Below are positions 32,776 through 41,323 of a stretch of 41,323 nt of DNA, one piece after another (the stretch's first letter is position 1; each line of letters begins with the position of its first letter). The notes below the pieces were generated by a model, which worked only from the letters and a program-made list of their open reading frames with translations, was not told the DNA's origin and searched no databases. Source of the stretch: Minisyncoccia bacterium (GTDB lineage Bacteria > Patescibacteriota > Minisyncoccia > Phycocordibacterales > Phycocordibacteraceae); assembly GCA_049286905.1 (NCBI GenBank), contig JBAQEU010000019.1, positions 1-41,323 on the forward strand. Reading direction: 5' to 3'. The position numbers and the translations under genes were made by a program.

Positions 32776-33981
32776 ATGCTTTTCACGTACCATGCGATAG
32801 ACCAAGACGGGCACGAACGAGACGGAACCATTGAGGCTCCTTCAGAAGACATCGCCATTTCAGCGCTCCAGCGACGCAATCTGATCATCTCGTCAATTAA
32901 GTCGGGCGAGAAACAGTCGCCATTCAGCTTCGAACTGCCGTTCTCGAACCGAGTCAGTAACAAAGACATCGTCATCCTCTCGCGCCAGATAGCCACGCTG
33001 TTTGAAGCTCAGGTCTCTGCACTTCGTGTCTTCCGCCTTCTGGCGGCTGAAGTCGAGAATAAGAGCCTCGCCACTATACTTTCCGCAGTCGGAGATGACC
33101 TCCAGGGAGGTATTCCCATCAGCAAGGCGCTCTCCCGCCACCCGAAAGTCTTCTCGACGTTCTATGTGAACATGGTCTCAGCAGGCGAGGAATCGGGCAA
33201 GCTCTCCGAGACATTCGTCTATCTCGCTGACTATCTCGACCGTACGTACGACGTGGTGAGCAAGGCCGAGAACGCACTCATCTACCCAGTGTTCGTGATC
33301 GCGGTGTTCTTCGGCGTGATGGGGCTCATGCTCACGCTCGTCATTCCGAAGATTAGTTCTGTCCTCATCGACTCCGGTCAGGATATACCGCTCTATACGA
33401 GCATCATCATCGGTTTCTCCAACTTCCTCGTTCGGTATGGATTCTTCATCATCGTCGCGCTTGTGGCGGCTGGGCTCTACGTCTGGCAACTGAGCAAAAC
33501 CGAGCAGGGCAAGCTGGTGCTCGACCAGCTCAAACTCTCAATCCCGTACGTGGGCGACCTCTATACCAAGCTCTACCTCGCTCGCATCTCGGACAACTTC
33601 GCTACCATGCTCATCTCCGGCATCTCGGTCGTGCAAGCGATAGACATCACCGCGTCAGTCGTGGGGAACGCGGCGTATGAGAAGATTCTCGCTGTGGTTG
33701 CGACCGATGTGAAGGGTGGTTCATCCATATCTGACGCACTCGCGAAGCATCCCGCCATCCCAGGCATTATGGTGGCGATGACAAAAGTGGGCGAGGAGAC
33801 CGGAGAGCTCGGCAAGATCCTCTCGACGCTCGCCAAGTTCTATAACCGCGAGGTGACGAATGCTGTCGACACGCTCGTGGGGCTCATCGAGCCTATTATG
33901 ATCGTCCTCCTCGGCGTCGGCGTCGGCATCCTGCTTGCCGCAGTGCTGATGCCAATTTATAACCTCGCAGGCTCTATTTAG
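32776..33981 (+). CDS. pilC: type IV pilus platform protein PilC/GspF
   Basis: Duplicated T2SS-F domains and three TM spans. Confidence 0.93.
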   Translation: MLFTYHAIDQDGHERDGTIEAPSEDIAISALQRRNLIISSIKSGEKQSPFSFELPFSNRVSNKDIVILSRQIATLFEAQVSALRVFRLLAAEVENKSLATILSAVGDDLQGGIPISKALSRHPKVFSTFYVNMVSAGEESGKLSETFVYLADYLDRTYDVVSKAENALIYPVFVIAVFFGVMGLMLTLVIPKISSVLIDSGQDIPLYTSIIIGFSNFLVRYGFFIIVALVAAGLYVWQLSKTEQGKLVLDQLKLSIPYVGDLYTKLYLARISDNFATMLISGISVVQAIDITASVVGNAAYEKILAVVATDVKGGSSISDALAKHPAIPGIMVAMTKVGEETGELGKILSTLAKFYNREVTNAVDTLVGLIEPIMIVLLGVGVGILLAAVLMPIYNLAGSI

Positions 33982-34067
33982 GCGAGCAGAGGAGGGCTAT
34001 CCACACCCTTGTTTTTTCTGGGTCGCGCATGGCGTACAATTCAGCTATTAACCGCATACAATATATT

Positions 34068-34511
34068 ATGTACAAAAATCGTTCCCAGGGCTTCACGCTT
34101 ATCGAATTGCTCGTCGTCATCGCTATTATCGGCATCCTCTCGGCTGTGGTGCTCGCCTCGCTCAACACTGCCCGTTCCAAGGGTAACGATGCGGCCATCC
34201 AGTCTGACCTCTCGACTATCCAGACTCAGGCAGAAATCTACTACGGTGGTACGGGTAACAACAGCTACGGTGCCGCTCAGGCGACTTGTACTGCCTCAGT
34301 TTTCTCTGACGCAGTGATTACGAAGGCGAGAACGGGAGCAGAGACGGCGAGCGCCACTTCGGCAACCTGCAACAACTCGTTGACTGCCTACGCGATCTCG
34401 ATCAAGCTTTCATCCGACACGACCCGCTACTGGTGTGTGGACTCGACTGGTGGTGCTTCTAAGAGTACAACAGCACTCGGTGCAAACACTGTCTGCCCAG
34501 CAGCGAACTAG
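34068..34511 (+). CDS. type IV pilin (paralog 1)
   Basis: Class III signal MYKNRSQG|FTLIELLVVIAIIGIL and a C-terminal Cys pair (C..VDSTG...C). Confidence 0.88.
   Translation: MYKNRSQGFTLIELLVVIAIIGILSAVVLASLNTARSKGNDAAIQSDLSTIQTQAEIYYGGTGNNSYGAAQATCTASVFSDAVITKARTGAETASATSATCNNSLTAYAISIKLSSDTTRYWCVDSTGGASKSTTALGANTVCPAAN
34089..34195 (+). repeat. 107-bp direct repeat (pilin 5' region, copy 1)
   Basis: About 90% identical to 34539-34645, with identical blocks of 23, 30 and 32 nt. Confidence 0.9.
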
Positions 34512-34517
34512 TCTTCT

Positions 34518-34970
34518 ATGAAAACGAACTTCTCACGCGGCTTCACGCTTATCGAATTGCTTGTCGTCATCGCTATTATCGGCATCCTCTCGTCGGTCGT
34601 GCTCGCGTCCTTGAACACTGCCCGTTCCAAGGGTAACGATGCGGCGGTCATGTCTGACATCGGCGGTATCCGCACTCAGGCTCAGATCTACTACAACACA
34701 AACAACAATTACGGAACAAACGTAGCTGTTGAAAGCAGTTGTGCGGCAGTCGACAATATGTTCGCTGACGCAACGATTGCGAAGCAGGTCGCTGGAGCTG
34801 ACGCGGCGAATGCCGGTGGTGCCGTCACCTGTAACGTCGAAGCCGCTGGCACCGCCTACGCGGTATCGGCGGAACTCGTCTCGCTCCCAGGGAAGTACTA
34901 CTGTGTCGACAGCACAGGCGCAGGGACGACGACCTCTGCGGCACTTGGCGCAACTGCCACGAGCTGTTAA
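34518..34970 (+). CDS. type IV pilin (paralog 2)
   Basis: MKTNFSRG|FTLIELLVVIAIIGIL. The C-terminal Cys pair is conserved, but the globular domain has diverged. Confidence 0.88.
   Translation: MKTNFSRGFTLIELLVVIAIIGILSSVVLASLNTARSKGNDAAVMSDIGGIRTQAQIYYNTNNNYGTNVAVESSCAAVDNMFADATIAKQVAGADAANAGGAVTCNVEAAGTAYAVSAELVSLPGKYYCVDSTGAGTTTSAALGATATSC
34539..34645 (+). repeat. 107-bp direct repeat (pilin 5' region, copy 2)
   Basis: See 34089-34195. Confidence 0.9.
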
Positions 34971-34991
34971 GCCGACTCGTCTCGGGAAGGC

Positions 34992-35020
34992 AAACGGCCT
35001 CGCCAAATGCGAGGCCGTTT
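34992..35020 (+). terminator. hairpin terminator after the pilin genes
   Basis: AAACGGCCTCG / CGAGGCCGTTT with a 7-nt loop. Confidence 0.75.
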
Positions 35021-35039
35021 CGCGTTATACTGTGCAGGT

Positions 35040-35798
35040 ATGCCGCTTCTCACGCTCACTCTGCTCTTCATACTTGGAGCAATCATCGCGAGCTTCGTCG
35101 GAGTCGTCGTCGCTCGCATCCATACCGGTACGAGCTTCCTCACCGGGCGCTCGCGATGCGATGCGTGTGATGCAACTCTCCCGCCGCTCGCGCTCGTACC
35201 GATATTGTCTTGGACGGCGTCAAAAGGACGTGCTCAGTGTTGTGGCGCACGCATCTCGCTCCTGTCCCCGCTCACAGAAGCTCTCCTTGGAGGATTATTC
35301 ATGTTCACCTATATCGCTGTCGGTCTCTCGACTGCGCTTCCGTTTATGCTCCTGTCGCTTTCTCTACTTCTCGCGCTCGTGCTCTATGACTTTTCTCACC
35401 AGATACTCCCGCCAGCACTCCTCTACACGTTCGTCGGAGTGAGCGCTCTCGCCGGATTTCTCGCATACCCTTCGGACTTCTCTTCGACACTTCTGTCGGC
35501 AACTCTTATCGGGGGAAGTCTCGCTGTTCTCCACTTCTTATCGCGCGGGCGCGCGATGGGGCTCGCGGATGCACCGCTCGCATTCGGGCTCTCGCTTCTT
35601 GTCGGTCCTGCCGCACTCTCCGGATTCATATTTTCATTCTGGATCGGGGCAGTTATCGGCATAGTGCTGTTGTTACAGAGGCCAGTCGGCTCTAGAATGG
35701 GAGTTGAGGTGCCGTTTGCGCCGTTTCTCGCCGCCGGCTTCCTCCTCGCGTACTTTACCCAATGGAACCCATTCACTTTCATCGCGGCTTTTCTCTGA
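35040..35798 (+). CDS. pilD: prepilin peptidase (PilD/A24 family)
   Basis: CxxC...CC N-terminal motif, a polytopic protein, and a GLADAPL aspartyl-protease context. ATG at 35040 chosen because the ATG at 35007 lies inside the terminator hairpin. Confidence 0.84.
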   Translation: MPLLTLTLLFILGAIIASFVGVVVARIHTGTSFLTGRSRCDACDATLPPLALVPILSWTASKGRAQCCGARISLLSPLTEALLGGLFMFTYIAVGLSTALPFMLLSLSLLLALVLYDFSHQILPPALLYTFVGVSALAGFLAYPSDFSSTLLSATLIGGSLAVLHFLSRGRAMGLADAPLAFGLSLLVGPAALSGFIFSFWIGAVIGIVLLLQRPVGSRMGVEVPFAPFLAAGFLLAYFTQWNPFTFIAAFL

Positions 35799-36427
35799 TT
35801 GAGCTCATGGTCGTGCTCGCGATTATCATCACCATAACGGGTGTTGTGCTCACGAATCAGAGCTCGTTCAACAAATCGCTCATCCTCGCGAACACCGCGT
35901 ATGATGTCGCGCTGTCAGTTCGCAACGCTCAGACATTCGGCCTTTCAAGTCGTGTGATAAGCACTGCGACAAACGTGGGGTATGGGGTTAATTTCGACCG
36001 AGCGACGCCGAATAAATTCACACTCTTTACCGATACTTACCCGCTTCCGGGAGCTGTCTCCAATTGTCACCCGGTGTCCGACCCTACCGCTCCGAACGCG
36101 CGCCCCGGCGACTGTGCGTATGAGTCGAACCAGAGCGAGAAGGTTACGGAATATGTCCTTGGGAACAATATAACCATCACCGACATCTGCGCGTACTCAT
36201 CCAGTAGCTGGTCGTGTTCCTCTTCGAACGGCGGGAATCTTTCTACGCTTGATATTGTGTTTGCGCGCCCGAACTCTGACGCGTTCATGAGCAAGAACGG
36301 AGTGTATTCGTCGTCGTTTCCGGTGACGGCGGCGTGCATCGTTCTCTCTTCTGCCCAGGGAGGCGCTCGCTACGTGGCGGTCGGTTTGTCGGGACAGATA
36401 ACCGCAGACGCCGCTTCTTGCCCATGA
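35762..36427 (+). CDS. minor pilin / pseudopilin
   Basis: Prepilin signal MEPIHFHRG|FSLIELMVVLAII. Overlaps the pilD 3' end by 37 nt. Confidence 0.75.
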   Translation: MEPIHFHRGFSLIELMVVLAIIITITGVVLTNQSSFNKSLILANTAYDVALSVRNAQTFGLSSRVISTATNVGYGVNFDRATPNKFTLFTDTYPLPGAVSNCHPVSDPTAPNARPGDCAYESNQSEKVTEYVLGNNITITDICAYSSSSWSCSSSNGGNLSTLDIVFARPNSDAFMSKNGVYSSSFPVTAACIVLSSAQGGARYVAVGLSGQITADAASCP

Positions 36428-36993
36428 TGTACCTCACCAACCAAAAAGGAAGAAGTGTTGTGTCGAAGCCCCGTTTTGGTGCTGGGTATACGCTTGTCGA
36501 GCTCATCGTCGCTGTCGGGCTCTTCTCGCTTATCATGCTGCTTGCATCCGGTGCGTACCTCATGATGATTGCTCTGAACCGCCAGACACAGAGCATCTCG
36601 ACCGGTATCAACAATCTTTCTTTTGCATTCGAGACCATGACGCGGAGCATACGCACCGGATCAGAGTACTCTTGCGGGGGGCTCGGGGACTGCGTCAATG
36701 GAGGAAACAGTTTCTCATTCAGAAGCGAAAGCGGAGCGGCGGTTACCTACTCTCTCTCGGGCTCTTCGATTCAGCAGACAACAGGGAGTGTGCAGAGCAC
36801 GCTTACTGACCCATCGGTGACAGTAACGAATCTCAAGTTCTATGTGTTTGGCTCAAGCCCGGCTTCCTCGGGGGACCGCAATCAGGCGCACGTTACGATG
36901 GTCGTCTCTGGTACGGTCCCGACCGGGCCGGGGAAGCCACCCCAAGCCTTTACTGTAGAAACCGGGGCCACAATGCGCGGCTCTGATATATGA
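36424..36993 (+). CDS. minor pilin / pseudopilin
   Basis: Prepilin signal ...RFGAG|YTLVELIVAV. Its start overlaps the upstream gene as ATGA. Confidence 0.75.
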   Translation: MMYLTNQKGRSVVSKPRFGAGYTLVELIVAVGLFSLIMLLASGAYLMMIALNRQTQSISTGINNLSFAFETMTRSIRTGSEYSCGGLGDCVNGGNSFSFRSESGAAVTYSLSGSSIQQTTGSVQSTLTDPSVTVTNLKFYVFGSSPASSGDRNQAHVTMVVSGTVPTGPGKPPQAFTVETGATMRGSDI

Positions 36994-37655
36994 TCATGAA
37001 AAACTCTTCCTCAGGGTTTACTACCAAGCGAGCCGAGCGACAAACGCGTGTCTTCACGTGTTTGTCCGAGGCGAGCGCAGGGAGGGAAGCCGTCCGCGGC
37101 TTCACACTGATAGAGACAATGATTGCGGTGACTATCCTCACGCTCTCGGTCTCGGGACCATTGTTTACGGCGAGCCGGGCTATTGTGGCCGCGCAGATCT
37201 CACGAGACCAGCTCACTGCTTCGTATCTCGCGCAGGAGGGTATCGAGTACATCCGTATGATGCGTGACGACGAGTATCTCGCGCTCTATCCTCCCGCCGC
37301 AGGAGCATCTGCCGCGGCATGGACTAGTTTCCTCACCGGCTCAGGCTCTGCGGCAATTACGCAGTGCCGAGCCCCCGCGACCTGTACACTCGACCCTGCG
37401 CGCTCCATGGGCACGGGGAGTGGGTTTGCGCTCCTGCCGTGTTCCGGTGCTTCGTGTACGCCACTCTATCTCGCAAACGGCATCTACACCGAGCAGAGCG
37501 GCATACTCGGTGCGGTACAGACCCCGTTCACGCGCGTTATCCAGACGACCCCTGTATCGGCGAACGACGAGCGTGTCGTCTCGACGGTTACATGGAGTTT
37601 CCACGGCACTCCCTACACTGTCTCTGTTATCGATCATCTCACTCCATGGCAATGA
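36990..37655 (+). CDS. minor pilin / pseudopilin (start uncertain)
   Basis: Prepilin signal ...AVRG|FTLIETMIAV. The ATG at 36990 gives a 37-aa leader. An in-frame TTG at 37062 would give a more typical 13-aa leader. Confidence 0.68.
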   Translation: MIMKNSSSGFTTKRAERQTRVFTCLSEASAGREAVRGFTLIETMIAVTILTLSVSGPLFTASRAIVAAQISRDQLTASYLAQEGIEYIRMMRDDEYLALYPPAAGASAAAWTSFLTGSGSAAITQCRAPATCTLDPARSMGTGSGFALLPCSGASCTPLYLANGIYTEQSGILGAVQTPFTRVIQTTPVSANDERVVSTVTWSFHGTPYTVSVIDHLTPWQ

Positions 37656-38137
37656 CAAAAACACACAAAGGGTTCGCGCTTCTTATCGCCGTTGTCTTTA
37701 TGTCGGTGATGCTTACGTTCGGTATCGGACTCGGTTCGCTCGCTTACAAGCAGGGGATACTCGCTTCGGGGGCAGTTGCGTCGCAATACGCATTTTATGC
37801 GGCTGACGCCGCGCTCGAGTGTGCGCTCTACGCCGACCAGCAACAAAACCTCTTTGCGTATACATCAAACCTGGTGGCTCCTGCGCCCCCCATGATGTGT
37901 GATGGTGCCGCGCCGGTTTCCGCTACCGTGCTTTCTCATACGGTCTCGCAGTGGGTCATTGCGACACGCCTCTCGCTTGATTCTGGGACTCGTTGTGCCG
38001 ATGTGGTTGTGTATAAGTCAGAACCGACTGTCGGCACGACCTACCTGTTCTCCCAGGGATACAACACCTCCTGCACGACTGTTGCCACTCCAAATGAGGC
38101 ACGTCTTGTGGCGCGCGGGCTCAGCGCCCACTACTAG
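37646..38137 (+). CDS. PilX-like minor pilin / pilus tip-associated protein
   Basis: MAMTKTHKG|FALLIAVVFMSVM: a hydrophobic N-terminus without the conserved Glu5. Confidence 0.6.
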   Translation: MAMTKTHKGFALLIAVVFMSVMLTFGIGLGSLAYKQGILASGAVASQYAFYAADAALECALYADQQQNLFAYTSNLVAPAPPMMCDGAAPVSATVLSHTVSQWVIATRLSLDSGTRCADVVVYKSEPTVGTTYLFSQGYNTSCTTVATPNEARLVARGLSAHY

Positions 38138-38138
38138 A

Positions 38139-38162
38139 CCAGTAGGCGATTCTTCTGAATCG
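38139..38162. repeat. 24-nt element CCAGTAGG-CGATTC-TTCT-GAATCG (copy B)
   Basis: Reverse complement of 2493-2516 except for 1 nt in the palindrome spacer. Confidence 0.85.
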
Positions 38163-38170
38163 GCTATACT
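38147..38170 (+). promoter_or_regulatory. ligA promoter: palindromic candidate operator abutting the -10
   Basis: The CGATTC-N4-GAATCG palindrome ends 2 nt before TATACT (38165-38170). The ATG lies 7 nt after the -10. No SD. Confidence 0.5.
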
Positions 38171-38174
38171 TTAG

Positions 38175-40175
<2,001 letters not shown>

Positions 40176-40252
40176 CGTAGTGTGAATTCTGCTGTGGCAA
40201 CCCCTCAATCGAGGGAGCCCGCCAGCAACCGTATCCAAATGGAGGTACAGCC

Positions 40253-40870
40253 ATGAAAAATCATGGAACAGCCTGCACTAATGGTCAGTTGGGCGAGATT
40301 GGTGGAAACATCATTCGCGCATTACCCAACGCACTGAAGACGCTAGAGGCACAAGGTGTTCTTTCTCCGAAACAAGTAGTCGCCTATTCTCAGGAGGGAA
40401 GACGCCTCAGTTGTGCGCTCGTAGCGATGTTCACAGCGATGTACAACGGCAACGCAGACATCCTCGCGTTACTCAACAAGCACTACGTCGACTGCAGTGT
40501 CAATCCTTACGAACCTGGTGGTTTCGAAATCGCAGAGCATCAAAAAGGAGGCTTCCTCAGCCTCGATGTTTCTCAGGCGCAAACGCTTTTCTTCCTGTCC
40601 GATGACGAGCAGTACTATTCTGCGTCTTATCTCGATGCAAATGCCAACGTCTTGGATTATGCGCTCGCCCACCAGGAACTCATTCCTGCGTCTTGCAAGG
40701 GCAGAGTCGTGGCTTTCCCAGGCACCACGTATCGCATTTGTCCGGGGGGTGCTCTGTATGTTCGTTGTTTGGTCTATCGCGACTGGGGATACATTTCAGG
40801 CACAGCACTTGCTTCGAGGGCTTTCGGTGCTGTAGAAGCCCGGGTGTGCCGTTCGCAAATCAGCATGTAG
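40253..40870 (+). CDS. hypothetical protein (205 aa, 8 Cys)
   Basis: Canonical GGAGG lies 7 nt upstream of the ATG, with a terminator at 40889-40919. A spot G+C count gave 47%. No family recognised. Confidence 0.55.
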   Translation: MKNHGTACTNGQLGEIGGNIIRALPNALKTLEAQGVLSPKQVVAYSQEGRRLSCALVAMFTAMYNGNADILALLNKHYVDCSVNPYEPGGFEIAEHQKGGFLSLDVSQAQTLFFLSDDEQYYSASYLDANANVLDYALAHQELIPASCKGRVVAFPGTTYRICPGGALYVRCLVYRDWGYISGTALASRAFGAVEARVCRSQISM

Positions 40871-40888
40871 TCCTTCTTAGGACCTTTC

Positions 40889-40919
40889 GGCCCTGCATTC
40901 GTGCAGGGTCTTCGTTTTA
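40889..40919 (+). terminator. rho-independent terminator
   Basis: CCCTGCA (40891-40897) / TGCAGGG (40902-40908) followed by a T-rich tail. Confidence 0.7.
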
Positions 40920-40967
40920 TACGTTCGGATTCCGAAATTAGGCCAAAAGTGATAGAGTTTCCGATAT

Positions 40968-41261
40968 ATGGCAACGACTGAGGAGGTACAGAAACTGGCG
41001 GCGCTCGCGCGCATCACGATAGACGACGCGGATCTCGAGAAATTCACGAGCGAATTCGACTCGATTCTCGCCTACGTCGGCCAGCTCGAGAAGCTCGATT
41101 TGCCCACTGACCTCGCGGGAGAGAAGATGCCACTTCGTAACGTCATGCGCGTCGAGGGTGAGCCGATTATGGCAGGTACGTTCACCGAGAAGATTGCCGG
41201 ACAGTTCCCGAAGCGCGAGGGCGACTCGCTGGTAGTTAAGCAGATTGTCACGCATGAATAA
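40968..41261 (+). CDS. gatC: Asp/Glu-tRNA amidotransferase subunit C
   Basis: LA.LARI...E..KF...F..IL.YV..L is the typical GatC pattern. It is followed by gatA. Confidence 0.9.
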   Translation: MATTEEVQKLAALARITIDDADLEKFTSEFDSILAYVGQLEKLDLPTDLAGEKMPLRNVMRVEGEPIMAGTFTEKIAGQFPKREGDSLVVKQIVTHE

Positions 41262-41323
41262 GAAACCAAATGAGCTGACGATAGTAGAGGCCGCCCGCGC
41301 GCTCCGCGCGCGGGAGTTTACGG
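41254..41323 (+). CDS. gatA: Asp/Glu-tRNA amidotransferase subunit A (5' fragment, runs off the window)
   Basis: MNKKPNELTIVEAARALRAREFT is a typical GatA N-terminus. Overlaps gatC by 8 nt. Confidence 0.75.
   Translation, partial: MNKKPNELTIVEAARALRAREFT

Noticed and set aside
35007-35039. Upstream ATG at 35007 as the pilD start
   Set aside because: That ATG lies inside the stem-loop at 34992-35020 that terminates the pilin genes. The ATG at 35040 follows a TATACT box and begins the hydrophobic N-terminus.
34729-35442. 237-aa plus-strand ORF spanning the pilin 2 / pilD junction in another frame. Similar ORFs occur at 37264-37806 and at the 5' part of 37364-38137.
   Set aside because: These are off-frame read-throughs of recognisable pilin and peptidase genes, crossing a terminator hairpin. 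The composition is Ser/Arg-rich junk.

Overview
This is a compact, high-GC bacterial window: 60-nt lines I counted by hand in core genes gave about 65% G+C. No rRNA genes or CRISPR arrays are visible. Genes are short, and many overlap by 4 nt or are separated by less than 30 bp. The content is mostly housekeeping: adk-map, ndk, infC-rpmI-rplT, two beta-CASP RNases including RNase J, secG, groES-groEL, nth plus a mutY-like gene, ligA and gatC-gatA. There are also envelope and transport genes (MFS, orphan peptide-type SBP, VKOR, DedA, MacAB-like HlyD/FtsX/ATPase). A ~12-kb type IV pilus/competence-type cluster spans 26.2-38.1 kb: comFC, pilM, pilN-like, pilO-like, pilB, a CheY-like receiver, pilT, pilC, two tandem pilins, pilD and four minor pilins. 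The gene set and architecture suggest a reduced-genome, Patescibacteria/CPR-like organism; this is inference only. The most notable things I could read directly are listed here. (1) A hotspot at tRNA-Ser(GCU): a lower-GC LAGLIDADG endonuclease gene abuts the tRNA 5' end, and three degenerate copies of the tRNA 3' half (two direct, one inverted) lie just downstream. (2) Start regions are pervasively SD-less and leaderless-looking, with a TAnnnT box 5-9 nt before the ATG. Two divergent gene pairs share a palindromic -10 inside intergenic gaps of exactly 20 bp. (3) A 24-nt element containing the palindrome CGATTC-N4-GAATCG occurs twice in inverted orientation. One copy sits on the ligA promoter. 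(4) There is a strongly AT-rich orphan ORF, plus other SD-bearing orphan ORFs. (5) Four consecutive perfect palindromes follow groEL. I did not find a clearly delimited multi-gene system of unknown function, so the findings below are ranked modestly.
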